DNA of 64,000 bases, taken from the sequence record ON528734; one strand, written 5' to 3'. Positions 10,709 to 20,255 of this stretch are shown here, one piece after another. Source of the stretch: Shigella phage ESh24. The notes under the pieces are model-generated. The model ran no database searches. It was not told the origin of the DNA and worked only from the letters and a program-made list of their open reading frames with translations. Each line of letters begins with the position of its first letter. Positions within the stretch are counted from its first letter, which is position 1. The translations under genes were made by a program, and so were the position numbers.

Positions 10709-11384
10709 TTTTATTATAGATTTTGAAACAATGGGAAGTGGTGAAAAAGCAGCTGTTATTGATTTGGCTGTTATTGCCTTTGACCCTAATCCAGAGGTAG
10801 TTGAAACATTTGATGAATTAGTTTCGCGCGGCATTAAAATCAAATTTGATTTAAAAAGCCAAAAAGGACATCGTCTTTTTACTAAAAGCACTATTGAATG
10901 GTGGAAAAATCAGTCTCCTGAAGCTCGAAAAAATATTGCACAATCAGATGAAGATGTAAGCACTATCGATGGTATTGTAAAATTTAATGATTACATCAAT
11001 GCACATAACATCGATCCCTGGAAATCTCAGGGTTGGTGCCGTGGAATGTCGTTTGATTTTCCAATTTTAGTCGATCTCATTCGCGATATTCAACGTCTTA
11101 ACGGCGTTTCCGAGAATGAGCTTGATACGTTTAAGTTAGAACCTTGTAAATTCTGGAATCAGCGTGATATTCGTACCAGAATTGAAGCACTTCTCCTTGT
11201 TCGTGATATGACCACGTGTCCTCTTCCAAAGGGAACTTTAGATGGATTCGTTGCGCATAATTCTATTCATGACTGTGCGAAAGACATTCTGATGATGAAG
11301 TATGCTTTGCGATATGCTATGGGTCTTGAAGATGCTCCATCAGAGGAAGAGTGCGATCCTCTGTCTCTTCCAACAAAACGATAA
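10701..11384 (+). CDS. dexA: exonuclease A (DEDD 3'-5' exonuclease)
   Basis: 227 aa; FIIDFETMG (DxE), HNSIHDC; matches T4 DexA. Confidence 0.9.
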   Translation: MFDFIIDFETMGSGEKAAVIDLAVIAFDPNPEVVETFDELVSRGIKIKFDLKSQKGHRLFTKSTIEWWKNQSPEARKNIAQSDEDVSTIDGIVKFNDYINAHNIDPWKSQGWCRGMSFDFPILVDLIRDIQRLNGVSENELDTFKLEPCKFWNQRDIRTRIEALLLVRDMTTCPLPKGTLDGFVAHNSIHDCAKDILMMKYALRYAMGLEDAPSEEECDPLSLPTKR

Positions 11385-11391
11385 AAAGTTG

Positions 11392-11420
11392 TTTACTTCC
11401 TCGGTTAGTTGTGGTATTAT
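11392..11420 (+). promoter_or_regulatory. T4-type early promoter
   Basis: -35 TTTACT 11392-11397, 17 nt, -10 TATTAT 11415-11420. Confidence 0.65.
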
Positions 11421-11447
11421 AACACCATAGCTACTGAGGATAATAAA

Positions 11448-11945
11448 ATGAAAATTTATCGTGTTGAATCATCGTTTAGTATTCTTGATTATGAAGATGC
11501 TATAACAATACGTCGAAATCTTTGTGTTCAAATAACGCCGTACAGGAGTATAATAGATTCATGGAGCGAAGAGTGGCTATTACACGTAGGTTATGACAGA
11601 CCTAATTTTATGCATCATAGCGATAATAAAAGAATTCCTTTACCACACGAAGATAAACTATTAGTTAAAAACGCTAATATAGTAATTAATACTAAGTTCA
11701 AGAAAGATTATGTTGGAGTAGAATATCATATTCCAGGATGGTTTATAGCTCTTTATCATTTTGCTTTCGCTAGTGAATATGATATGATGAGATGGTTCAC
11801 ACGAGAAGAGAGGGAAGAATTATCTTCTAAAGGATTTTATCTTGCTGTATACGAAGTTCCTGAAGATGAAGTTATCATTGGTGGGCACCAAGTAATGTTC
11901 CGCAAATCGCATGCTGAACTTGTAGATTTTATTGAAATGAGATAA
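11448..11945 (+). CDS. hypothetical early protein
   Basis: 165 aa from ATG 11448 with SD GAGGA (track TTG 11409 lies inside the promoter); ATA/AGA/AGG codons. Confidence 0.6.
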   Translation: MKIYRVESSFSILDYEDAITIRRNLCVQITPYRSIIDSWSEEWLLHVGYDRPNFMHHSDNKRIPLPHEDKLLVKNANIVINTKFKKDYVGVEYHIPGWFIALYHFAFASEYDMMRWFTREEREELSSKGFYLAVYEVPEDEVIIGGHQVMFRKSHAELVDFIEMR

Positions 11946-11947
11946 TT

Positions 11948-12493
11948 ATGAAATTTAATTATAATCCTGAATGCATACCAAATCCGGTAGCTAAACTGAT
12001 TGATTTTGATGTTGTAAGCACTTATGTATGCCCTGTTAAACCACTGGAAATTAAGGAACCTACTATGACTACCGCTATTGAAATCGGCAAAACCTACAAA
12101 CTGGTTGAACCTAAAATTAAAACTAATGCCTTGATTTCTGGTCATAAAACTCTGACTGATGTTTTTGGCGAAGGCGAATTTATTGTTGAAGAATTTGCCA
12201 AAAGTGAGTGGTTTAACAAATCTTACGTCATCCACGGTCGCCGGTTAGATAATAACAAAATAAAGAAAAACCTGGTTTATGAAGATGAGTTCATCCTGTT
12301 CCAAGAAGTTGAAGAACAAGACCCTACAGACCTGTTGTGTGCTGCTGTGTCTATCCGTCGTCCTTTTGATAATCCTATCTGTGGTTGGGTAACAGACCAG
12401 TGGATTGAAGATGGTGTTGAGCTTCTGAACGTTGTCCATGCAGGAGATTTTAGTGTAGTACCTCGTAGTGCGGTGGTAGCTATTTTGAATTAA
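11948..12493 (+). CDS. MotB paralogue
   Basis: 181 aa; C-terminus CGWVTDQWIEDGVELLNVV aligns with MotB CGYITDQWVEDGVKLYNVV. Confidence 0.65.
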   Translation: MKFNYNPECIPNPVAKLIDFDVVSTYVCPVKPLEIKEPTMTTAIEIGKTYKLVEPKIKTNALISGHKTLTDVFGEGEFIVEEFAKSEWFNKSYVIHGRRLDNNKIKKNLVYEDEFILFQEVEEQDPTDLLCAAVSIRRPFDNPICGWVTDQWIEDGVELLNVVHAGDFSVVPRSAVVAILN

Positions 12494-12496
12494 TAG

Positions 12497-12525
12497 TTTA
12501 CAAACTCTTGGGACCAGAGTATAAT
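12497..12525 (+). promoter_or_regulatory. T4-type early promoter
   Basis: -35 TTTACA 12497-12502, 17 nt, -10 TATAAT 12520-12525. Confidence 0.65.
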
Positions 12526-12570
12526 GGTCCTGTGGAGTATAAAAATCTTTTTAACAAGTGAGAGATAACT

Positions 12571-13059
12571 ATGATTATTAATATTGGTGAAATTGCTCGT
12601 GTATCTGATAAATCCCGTTCTAAAGCAGCAGGAAAATTGGTCGAAATTGTAAGCATTCAGCTTAAACACGGCGTTAAAGATGAAGATTCTGAAGTAAAAG
12701 TGCGTATCATTCCTAAAGATGGAAAGTCTAAACCTCAGTTTGGTTATGTTCGTGCGAAATTTCTTGAATCTGCGTTTTTGAAAGCTGTTCCCGCTAAAGG
12801 AATTGAAACGATTGATACTTCGCATGTAGGTGTAGACTTTAAGTGGAAACTCGGTCAAGCTATTAAGTTCATTGCTCCTTGTGAATTTAAATTTATCAAA
12901 GATGATGGAAAGGCTGCTTATACTCGCGCTATGTGTGGATACATTACCGATCAATGGGTAGAAGATGGCGTTAAGTTGTACAACGTGGTATTTTTAGGAA
13001 CATACAAAGTCATTCCTGAAAGTTGGATTAAACACTATAGCAATGCTCTCTATGCATAA
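12571..13059 (+). CDS. motB: MotB, DNA-binding modifier of transcription
   Basis: 162 aa; length and position between dexA and gene 39 fit T4 MotB. Confidence 0.75.
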   Translation: MIINIGEIARVSDKSRSKAAGKLVEIVSIQLKHGVKDEDSEVKVRIIPKDGKSKPQFGYVRAKFLESAFLKAVPAKGIETIDTSHVGVDFKWKLGQAIKFIAPCEFKFIKDDGKAAYTRAMCGYITDQWVEDGVKLYNVVFLGTYKVIPESWIKHYSNALYA

Positions 13060-13084
13060 AGTTTAAAATTTTTTCATAAAACTA

Positions 13085-13113
13085 TATACATCAGTAGTTG
13101 ATTATGGTACTAT
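13085..13113 (+). promoter_or_regulatory. early promoter embedded in a 13-bp inverted repeat
   Basis: -35-like TATACA 13085-13090, 17 nt, -10 TACTAT 13108-13113; arms atcagtagttgat 13090-13102 and atcaactactgat 13120-13132. Confidence 0.5.
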
Positions 13114-13231
13114 ATCAATATCAACTACTGATATAGAAAACAACTTGGAGAATAAAATGGATAATTCGTTAAAGGTGCTGATACTCTTCTGAAACGCATC
13201 GCTCCAATGTTCAATTAATGAGGAAATTGTA

Positions 13232-13447
13232 ATGAAACGTAAAATTGTTCAGAACTGCACTAATGACGAATTTGAAGATGTATTATTTGATCCAGATTTG
13301 GTAGTGGTTCAAAAGGAACACACTATTAAGTTTACTCACTTGACTTCTGTTTATGTGTATGAGAAAGTCGGTGATAAACAGCCAATTTACGGTGTATTTC
13401 GTGAAATTACTGAAGACGGCACAACTTACTGGAAGGAAATTTATTAA
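13232..13447 (+). CDS. hypothetical early protein (position and length of T4 cef)
   Basis: 71 aa; SD GAGGAA 7 nt upstream of ATG. Confidence 0.6.
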   Translation: MKRKIVQNCTNDEFEDVLFDPDLVVVQKEHTIKFTHLTSVYVYEKVGDKQPIYGVFREITEDGTTYWKEIY

Positions 13448-13866
13448 TGGCTATTAAATTTGAAGTTAATAAATGGTATCAATTTAAAAATAAACAAGCT
13501 CAAGAAAATTTTATTAAAGACCATACTGATAACGGAATCTATGCACGACGTTTAGGTATGGAGCCTTTTAAAATTTTAGATGCTGATTATCTTGGGCGTC
13601 CTACTAAAATTATGACATCTATAGGTGTACTCAAACGTTGTGCCGGCGGTGATATCCTTGACGAAAACTTTATCTGGCTCTCTACTAACGAAGCTGGGTT
13701 CTTTGATGAAGTTGAAAATCCATATCAGGCTGCTGAAGAACAAGAGCAGGAAGAGCAAGAACAAATAGAAGATTTCATAGAATTCCCGGTAATGAAAGTT
13801 ACTATTGAAAATAATGAACAAGCATGGTCCTTGTATCAGATGTTGAAAGCTCACTTTAAGGAATAA
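13447..13866 (+). CDS. hypothetical early protein with acidic [10 protein letters not shown] stretch (position of T4 goF)
   Basis: 139 aa; TAATG coupling to previous ORF. Confidence 0.6.
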   Translation: MAIKFEVNKWYQFKNKQAQENFIKDHTDNGIYARRLGMEPFKILDADYLGRPTKIMTSIGVLKRCAGGDILDENFIWLSTNEAGFFDEVENPYQAAEEQEQEEQEQIEDFIEFPVMKVTIENNEQAWSLYQMLKAHFKE

Positions 13867-13868
13867 TT

Positions 13869-14045
13869 ATGCCAATGTATGATTATAAATGCCAATCCGA
13901 AGATTGCGGGCATGAATATGAAAAAATTAAAAAGATTTCTGAACGAGAAAATGATGTTTGCCCTAAATGTCATCGTTTGTCTACTCGTCGGCCTTCTGCT
14001 CCTAAGCATGTGAATGGTGGTTTTTACGACTTACTTAAAGGGTGA
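13869..14045 (+). CDS. small zinc-ribbon protein
   Basis: 58 aa, below track cutoff: MPMYDYKCQSEDCGHEYEKI..DVCPKCHRL.. (CxxC..CxxC, FmdB-like pattern). Confidence 0.55.
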   Translation: MPMYDYKCQSEDCGHEYEKIKKISERENDVCPKCHRLSTRRPSAPKHVNGGFYDLLKG

Positions 14046-14047
14046 TT

Positions 14048-14419
14048 ATGTTTAAAATCGGTAAGAAATATCGTATTCGCGAAGGCGAAGAAAAGAAATA
14101 TCTAATGTCTGCTATTTATAGGAATGGTTCTATTAATGCTGTAATATCTACAAGCGAATTTATCGTTGAAGATATGAAAGGTAATAATGTTACAATGATT
14201 AGTACAGCATCTGGAAATGATGGAAAAATTCTTCACAGTTTTCAGAGTAATGTTCTAATTTATGATGAAGAATTTGACTTCTTCGAAGAAGTTCCTGAAG
14301 ATTTTGATTTTGAATGCACCATCACTATGAAATCTGGTGACCCTCTTTCTTTTACAGTTAAAGATGAAAGAAGCCGTTTAAGAATTATTAGTCTCCTTCA
14401 AGCCATTAAATTTGAGTGA
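14048..14419 (+). CDS. hypothetical early protein, IGKxY / EEFxFFEEV family
   Basis: 123 aa from ATG 14048 (track GTG 14042 alternative); MFKIGKKYRIREGE..IYDEEFDFFEEVPED. Confidence 0.6.
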   Translation: MFKIGKKYRIREGEEKKYLMSAIYRNGSINAVISTSEFIVEDMKGNNVTMISTASGNDGKILHSFQSNVLIYDEEFDFFEEVPEDFDFECTITMKSGDPLSFTVKDERSRLRIISLLQAIKFE

Positions 14420-14423
14420 AATT

Positions 14424-14684
14424 ATGAAATATGTTAATCGTTCTATCGCGGCATTAGTATTAGCAGTATCTTTAGTAGGATGTACTGATGCTGATAATGC
14501 AACCAAAGTTTTGTCTTCAAGTGGTTTTACTAATATTGAAATCACTGGATACAATTGGTTCGGTTGTTCTGAAAATGATTTCCAACATACTGGATTTCGT
14601 GCTATTGGACCTACTGGGCAGAAAGTAGAAGGAACAGTATGTTCTGGTCTGTTCTTTAAGGATTCAACTATTCGTTTTAAATAA
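14424..14684 (+). CDS. predicted lipoprotein
   Basis: 86 aa from ATG 14424; lipobox LVGC after signal MKYVNRSIAALVLAVS. Confidence 0.6.
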   Translation: MKYVNRSIAALVLAVSLVGCTDADNATKVLSSSGFTNIEITGYNWFGCSENDFQHTGFRAIGPTGQKVEGTVCSGLFFKDSTIRFK

Positions 14685-14701
14685 AAGGCCTTCGGGCCTT
14701 T
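14685..14701 (+). terminator. UUCG hairpin
   Basis: aaggcc-ttcg-ggcctt directly after the lipoprotein ORF. Confidence 0.55.
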
Positions 14702-14726
14702 AGCTTTATGATTACCGGAGTATAAT
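14698..14726 (+). promoter_or_regulatory. early promoter for gene 39
   Basis: -10 TATAAT 14721-14726; weak -35 (CTTTAG) 17 nt upstream. Confidence 0.45.
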
Positions 14727-14753
14727 ATTCCCGAAACCAAACGAGGATAAGTG

Positions 14754-16571
14754 ATGATTAAGAATGAAATTAAAATTCTGAGCGATATTGAACATATCAA
14801 AAAGCGTAGTGGCATGTATATTGGCTCTTCTGCTAATGAAATGCATGAGCGCTTTCTGTTTGGTAAATGGGAAAGTGTTCAGTATGTACCTGGTCTTGTT
14901 AAGCTTATTGATGAAATTATCGATAACTCAGTAGATGAAGGTATTCGTACTAAGTTTAAATTCGCGAATAAAATTAATGTTACCATTAAAAATAATCAGG
15001 TAACAGTTGAAGATAACGGTCGCGGTATTCCACAAGCGATGGTTAAAACACCTACCGGTGAAGAAATTCCTGGTCCAGTTGCTGCTTGGACTATTCCAAA
15101 AGCAGGTGGTAACTTTGGCGATGATAAAGAACGTGTCACCGGTGGTATGAATGGTGTTGGTTCTAGTTTGACAAACATTTTTTCTGTGATGTTTGTCGGT
15201 GAAACTGGCGATGGTCAAAATAATATTGTAGTTCGTTGTTCAAATGGCATGGAAAATAAATCATGGGAAGATATTCCTGGAAAATGGAAAGGAACTCGTG
15301 TTACTTTCATTCCAGATTTTATGTCATTTGAAACTAATGAGCTGTCCCAAGTTTATCTTGACATTACACTGGATCGTCTCCAGACGCTTGCTGTAGTTTA
15401 TCCTGATATTCAATTTACCTTTAATGGTAAAAAGGTTCAGGGCAATTTTAAGAAATATGCACGACAGTATGATGAGCATGCTATTGTTCAAGAACAAGAA
15501 AATTGTTCTATTGCGGTTGGTCGTTCACCGGATGGATTTCGTCAATTAACTTACGTGAATAACATTCATACTAAGAATGGTGGCCATCACATTGATTGTG
15601 TTATGGATGATATTTGTGAAGACCTTATTCCACAAATCAAACGTAAGTTCAAAATTGATGTCACTAAAGCACGTGTCAAAGAATGTTTGACTATCGTTAT
15701 GTTTGTCCGTGATATGAAAAACATGCGATTTGACTCTCAAACTAAAGAACGACTTACTTCTCCATTTGGCGAAATTCGTAGTCATATTCAACTTGATGCT
15801 AAAAAGATTTCACGTGCTATTTTAAATAATGAAGCAATTTTAATGCCAATTATTGAAGCTGCTTTGGCTCGTAAATTGGCGGCAGAAAAAGCAGCAGAAA
15901 CTAAAGCAGCTAAAAAGGCTTCTAAAGCTAAAGTTCATAAACATATTAAAGCGAATCTTTGTGGTAAAGATGCTGACACTACATTGTTCTTAACCGAGGG
16001 TGATTCAGCTATCGGATATCTTATTGATGTTCGCGATAAAGAACTTCATGGCGGTTATCCATTGCGTGGTAAAGTTCTTAATAGCTGGGGTATGTCATAT
16101 GCCGATATGCTTAAAAACAAAGAACTATTTGATATTTGCGCAATCACTGGATTGGTTCTTGGTGAAAAAGCTGAAAACTTGAATTATCATAATATTGCTA
16201 TTATGACCGATGCTGACCATGATGGTCTAGGAAGCATTTATCCTTCTCTTCTTGGATTTTTTAGTAATTGGCCAGAACTGTTTGAGCAAGGAAGAATTCG
16301 CTTTGTCAAAACTCCTGTAATCATCGCTCAGGTCGGTAAAAAACAAGAATGGTTTTATACAGTCGCTGAATATGAGAGTGCCAAAGATGCTCTACCTAAA
16401 CATAGCATCCGTTATATTAAGGGACTTGGCTCTTTGGAAAAATCTGAATATCGTGAGATGATTCAGAACCCAGTATATGATGTTGTTAAACTTCCTGAGA
16501 ACTGGAAAGAGCTTTTTGAAATGCTCATGGGAGATAATGCTGACCTTCGTAAAGAATGGATGAGCCAGTAG
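14754..16571 (+). CDS. 39: DNA topoisomerase II large subunit gp39, unsplit (GyrB-like ATPase plus TOPRIM)
   Basis: 605 aa from ATG 14754; DNSVDEG ATPase motif, TOPRIM LTEGDSA and DADHDG; continuous frame through the point where T4 is split into 39 and 60. Confidence 0.95.
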   Translation: MIKNEIKILSDIEHIKKRSGMYIGSSANEMHERFLFGKWESVQYVPGLVKLIDEIIDNSVDEGIRTKFKFANKINVTIKNNQVTVEDNGRGIPQAMVKTPTGEEIPGPVAAWTIPKAGGNFGDDKERVTGGMNGVGSSLTNIFSVMFVGETGDGQNNIVVRCSNGMENKSWEDIPGKWKGTRVTFIPDFMSFETNELSQVYLDITLDRLQTLAVVYPDIQFTFNGKKVQGNFKKYARQYDEHAIVQEQENCSIAVGRSPDGFRQLTYVNNIHTKNGGHHIDCVMDDICEDLIPQIKRKFKIDVTKARVKECLTIVMFVRDMKNMRFDSQTKERLTSPFGEIRSHIQLDAKKISRAILNNEAILMPIIEAALARKLAAEKAAETKAAKKASKAKVHKHIKANLCGKDADTTLFLTEGDSAIGYLIDVRDKELHGGYPLRGKVLNSWGMSYADMLKNKELFDICAITGLVLGEKAENLNYHNIAIMTDADHDGLGSIYPSLLGFFSNWPELFEQGRIRFVKTPVIIAQVGKKQEWFYTVAEYESAKDALPKHSIRYIKGLGSLEKSEYREMIQNPVYDVVKLPENWKELFEMLMGDNADLRKEWMSQ

Positions 16572-16600
16572 TTTACTTTACCACAAGGATGTGGTATAAT
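16572..16600 (+). promoter_or_regulatory. T4-type early promoter
   Basis: -35 TTTACT 16572-16577, 17 nt, -10 TATAAT 16595-16600. Confidence 0.65.
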
Positions 16601-16626
16601 TAATTTGGGCAAATGAGGATATTGAA

Positions 16627-16830
16627 ATGAAATCATATAAAGTAAATTTAGAACTTTTTGATAAAGCAGTTCATCGAGAATATAGAATCATTCAACGCTT
16701 TTTCGATATGGGAGAAGCCGAAGAATTTAAAAACCGCTTTAAAGATATTAGAGATAAAATTCAATCCGACACCGCAACTAAAGATGAATTACTAGAAGTT
16801 GCTGAAGTTATTAAGCGTAATATGAATTAA
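16627..16830 (+). CDS. hypothetical protein (position of T4 rIIA.1)
   Basis: 67 aa; SD GAGGA; directly upstream of rIIA. Confidence 0.6.
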   Translation: MKSYKVNLELFDKAVHREYRIIQRFFDMGEAEEFKNRFKDIRDKIQSDTATKDELLEVAEVIKRNMN

Positions 16831-16840
16831 TGAGGAAATT

Positions 16841-19018
16841 ATGATTATCACCACTGAAAAAGAAACAATTCTTGGTAATGGTTCTAAATCAAAAGCATTT
16901 AGCATCACAGCATCTCCTAAAGTATTTAAAATTCTGTCATCTGATTTATATACAAACAAAATTCGCGCAGTAGTCCGTGAATTGATTACCAACATGATTG
17001 ATGCCCATGCTCTCAATGGAAATCCTGAAAAATTTATCATTCAAGTTCCTGGACGTTTAGATCCACGATTTGTTTGCCGAGATTTTGGTCCAGGTATGAG
17101 TGATTTTGATATTCAGGGTGATGATAATTCTCCTGGTTTGTATAATTCATACTTCAGTTCATCTAAGGCTGAATCTAACGATTTCATTGGCGGATTTGGT
17201 TTAGGTTCTAAATCTCCGTTTAGTTATACTGATACATTTAGTATTACTTCATATCATAAAGGCGAAATTCGTGGTTATGTAGCTTACATGGATGGTGATG
17301 GTCCGCAAATTAAACCTACATTCGTAAAAGAAATGGGTCCAGACGATAAAACTGGTATTGAAATCGTAGTTCCAGTTGAAGAAAAAGATTTTAGAAACTT
17401 TGCTTATGAAGTTTCTTATATCATGCGACCATTCAAAGATTTGGCTATCATTAATGGCCTTGACCGCGAAATTGATTATTTTCCGGATTTTGATGACTAT
17501 TACGGTGTAAATCCAGAAAGATACTGGCCTGATCGCGGCGGATTATATGCTATCTATGGCGGTATTGTTTATCCTATCGATGGTGTTATTAGAGACCGTA
17601 ATTGGCTAAGCATTCGCAATGAAGTGAATTACATTAAGTTTCCAATGGGTTCACTGGATATTGCTCCATCACGCGAAGCTCTTTCACTGGACGATCGCAC
17701 TCGCAAAAATATTATTGAACGAGTTAAAGAGCTTAGTGAAAAGGCATTCAATGAAGATGTAAAACGATTTAAAGAATCTACATCTCCTCGTCACACATAT
17801 CGTGAATTGATGAAGATGGGGTATTCTGCTCGAGATTATATGATTAGTAATTCGGTCAAATTCACGACTAAAAATCTGTCATATAAAAAGATGCAGAGCA
17901 TGTTTGAACCTGACAGTAAGTTATGTAATGCAGGAGTTGTGTATGAAGTAAATCTTGACCCTCGACTGAAACGCATTAAGCAAAGTCATGAAACTTCAGC
18001 CGTTGCATCAAGTTATCGTCTGTTTGGTATTAATACAACAAAAATTAATATCGTTATTGATAATATTAAAAATCGTGTTAATATTGTCCGTGGATTAGCA
18101 CATGCGCTAGATGATAGTGAATTTAATAACACTTTAAATATTCATCACAATGAGCGTCTTCTGTTTATTAATCCGGAAGTAGAATCGCAGATTGATTTAC
18201 TACCTGATATTATGGCAATGTTTGAAAGTGATGAAGTTAACATTCATTATTTGTCAGAAATTGAAGCTTTAGTTAAAAGCTATATTCCAAAGGTAGTTAA
18301 AAGTAAAGCTCCTCGTCCTAAAGCTGCTACAGCATTTAAGTTTGAAATTAAAGATGGGCGTTGGGAAAAAGAGGAATTATTTACACTTACGTCAGAAGCA
18401 GATGAAATTACTGGTTATGTAGCGTATATGCATCGTTCTGATATTTTCTCTATGGATGGTACTACATCACTTTGTCATCCATCTATGAATATTTTGATTC
18501 GTATGGCTAATCTTATTGGTATTAATGAATTTTATGTTATTCGTCCGCTTTTGCAGAAAAAGGTAAAAGAGCTTGGTCAGTGCCAATGTATTTTTGAAGC
18601 TTTACGTGATTTATATGTAGATGCTTTTGATGATGTAGATTATGATAAGTATGTAGGTTATTCAAGTTCAGCTCAACGATATATTGATAAAATTATCAAG
18701 TATCCTGAACTAGATTTTATGATGAAGTACTTCAGTACAGATGAAGTTTCTGAAGAATATACACGACTTGGTAATATGGTTAGTTCATTACGCGGTGTGT
18801 ATTTTAATGGTGGAAAAGATACCATCGGTCATGATATCTGGACAGTAACTAATCTCTTTGATGAATTATCACGTAATGCTTCAAAAAATAGTGATAAAAT
18901 GGTTGCTGAGTTTACCAAGAAATTCCGTATTGTTTCTGACTTCATCGGTTATCGCAGCTCTTTAAGTGATGATGAAGTTTCCCAAATCGCTAAAACTATG
19001 AAGGCCCTTGCGGCCTAA
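16841..19018 (+). CDS. rIIA: rIIA protector from prophage-induced early lysis
   Basis: 725 aa; N-terminal GHKL-like ATPase region; length and sequence match T4 rIIA. Confidence 0.95.
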   Translation: MIITTEKETILGNGSKSKAFSITASPKVFKILSSDLYTNKIRAVVRELITNMIDAHALNGNPEKFIIQVPGRLDPRFVCRDFGPGMSDFDIQGDDNSPGLYNSYFSSSKAESNDFIGGFGLGSKSPFSYTDTFSITSYHKGEIRGYVAYMDGDGPQIKPTFVKEMGPDDKTGIEIVVPVEEKDFRNFAYEVSYIMRPFKDLAIINGLDREIDYFPDFDDYYGVNPERYWPDRGGLYAIYGGIVYPIDGVIRDRNWLSIRNEVNYIKFPMGSLDIAPSREALSLDDRTRKNIIERVKELSEKAFNEDVKRFKESTSPRHTYRELMKMGYSARDYMISNSVKFTTKNLSYKKMQSMFEPDSKLCNAGVVYEVNLDPRLKRIKQSHETSAVASSYRLFGINTTKINIVIDNIKNRVNIVRGLAHALDDSEFNNTLNIHHNERLLFINPEVESQIDLLPDIMAMFESDEVNIHYLSEIEALVKSYIPKVVKSKAPRPKAATAFKFEIKDGRWEKEELFTLTSEADEITGYVAYMHRSDIFSMDGTTSLCHPSMNILIRMANLIGINEFYVIRPLLQKKVKELGQCQCIFEALRDLYVDAFDDVDYDKYVGYSSSAQRYIDKIIKYPELDFMMKYFSTDEVSEEYTRLGNMVSSLRGVYFNGGKDTIGHDIWTVTNLFDELSRNASKNSDKMVAEFTKKFRIVSDFIGYRSSLSDDEVSQIAKTMKALAA

Positions 19019-19029
19019 TAAGGAAAATT

Positions 19030-19968
19030 ATGTACAATATTAAATGCCTGACCAAAAACGAACAAGCTGAAATTGTTAAATTGTATTCAAGCGGTAATTA
19101 CACCCAACAGGAATTGGCTGATTGGCAAGGTGTATCGGTTGATACAATCCGTCGTGTTTTGAAAAATGCTGAAGAAGTTAAACGCTCTAAAGTTACTATT
19201 AGCGGTGATATTACAGTTAAAGTTAATAGTGATGTAGTTATTGCTCCAGTTGCTAAATCTGACATTATTTGGAATGCATCTAAAAAATTCATTTCGATTA
19301 CTGTTGACGGTGTAACTTATAACGCAACTCCTAATACTCATTCAAACTTCCAGGAAATTCTCAATCTGCTTGTAGCGGATAAGCTGGAAGAAGCGGCACA
19401 AAAAATTAATGTTCGTCGCGCTGTTGAAAAATATATTTCCGGCGATGTTCGAATTGAAGGTGGAAGCTTGTTCTATCAAAATATTGAATTGCGGTCTGGT
19501 TTGGTTGATCGTATTCTTGACTCGATGGAAAAAGGCGAAAACTTTGAATTTTATTTTCCGTTCTTGGAAAATCTGCTGGAAAACCCAAGCCAAAAAGCGG
19601 TATCTCGACTCTTTGATTTCTTGGTAGCAAACGATATTGAAATTACAGAAGATGGTTACTTCTATGCTTGGAAAGTAGTTCGCAGCAATTACTTTGACTG
19701 TCACTCAAATACCTTTGATAACAGTCCGGGTAAAGTAGTTAAAATGCCGCGTACTCGCGTGAATGACGATGATACACAAACTTGTTCTCGTGGTCTGCAT
19801 GTGTGTTCTAAATCTTATATTCGTCACTTCGGTGGTTCAACCAGCCGAGTTGTAAAAGTTAAAGTTCATCCTCGCGATGTAGTATCAATTCCGATTGATT
19901 ACAACGATGCTAAAATGCGTACCTGCCAATACGAAGTAGTTGAAGACGTTACTGAACAATTTAAATAA
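19030..19968 (+). CDS. rIIB: rIIB
   Basis: 312 aa MYNIKCLTKNEQAEIVKLY..; classic rIIB start region AAGGAAAATTATGTACAAT. Confidence 0.95.
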   Translation: MYNIKCLTKNEQAEIVKLYSSGNYTQQELADWQGVSVDTIRRVLKNAEEVKRSKVTISGDITVKVNSDVVIAPVAKSDIIWNASKKFISITVDGVTYNATPNTHSNFQEILNLLVADKLEEAAQKINVRRAVEKYISGDVRIEGGSLFYQNIELRSGLVDRILDSMEKGENFEFYFPFLENLLENPSQKAVSRLFDFLVANDIEITEDGYFYAWKVVRSNYFDCHSNTFDNSPGKVVKMPRTRVNDDDTQTCSRGLHVCSKSYIRHFGGSTSRVVKVKVHPRDVVSIPIDYNDAKMRTCQYEVVEDVTEQFK

Positions 19969-19982
19969 GGGCTTCGGCCCTT
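19967..19982 (+). other. UUCG-tetraloop RNA hairpin overlapping rIIB stop
   Basis: aagggc-ttcg-gccctt; no long T-run, so stabiliser or weak terminator. Confidence 0.5.
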
Positions 19983-19996
19983 AACTAAGGAAAATT

Positions 19997-20191
19997 ATGT
20001 TAGGTTATCAAGCACGAGTAAAAGAAGAATACGATCAATTAATGCTCAAAATTAATGCACTGAGCAAATTTTTAGAAAGCGCAAAGTTTCTAACGGTTAG
20101 TGCAGTTGAGCAAGAACTTCTACTTTCACAGTTCATCTCAATGAAATCTTACGCAGAGTGTTTAGAAAAAAGAATTGCACAATTCAAATAA
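19997..20191 (+). CDS. hypothetical small helical protein
   Basis: 64 aa, SD AAGGAAA; between rIIB and denB. Confidence 0.55.
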   Translation: MLGYQARVKEEYDQLMLKINALSKFLESAKFLTVSAVEQELLLSQFISMKSYAECLEKRIAQFK

Positions 20192-20194
20192 AAT

Positions 20195-20218
20195 AAGGGG
20201 CTTCGGCCCTTTTGTTTT
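20195..20218 (+). terminator. UUCG hairpin plus T-rich tail
   Basis: aaggggc-ttcg-gcccttt then tgtttt. Confidence 0.6.
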
Positions 20219-20255
20219 AAGAGAAATTATGATTCCGACATAAAGGAAAGTTTAA

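Noticed and set aside
12490-12954. Long minus-strand ORFs antisense to early genes (12490-12954, 14378-14815, 11837-12235, 40380-40784, 53893-54270 and similar)
   Set aside because: They lie fully inside well-supported plus-strand genes and lack SD sequences. Their low-complexity, Phe/Ile/Asn-rich translations are typical of antisense frames in AT-rich DNA.
14113-14120. TATAAATA on the minus strand inside ORF 14048-14419
   Set aside because: No plausible minus-strand gene lies downstream. An AT-rich 8-mer is expected several times by chance in 64 kb, so I called only copies positioned upstream of known late genes.
16572-16840. Search for gene 60, mobA and the 50-nt translational bypass element between 39 and rIIA
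   Set aside because: Gene 39 is a single 605-aa frame. Only a 67-aa rIIA.1-like ORF lies before rIIA, and no GGA..GGA take-off/landing pair with a stop-hairpin is present.
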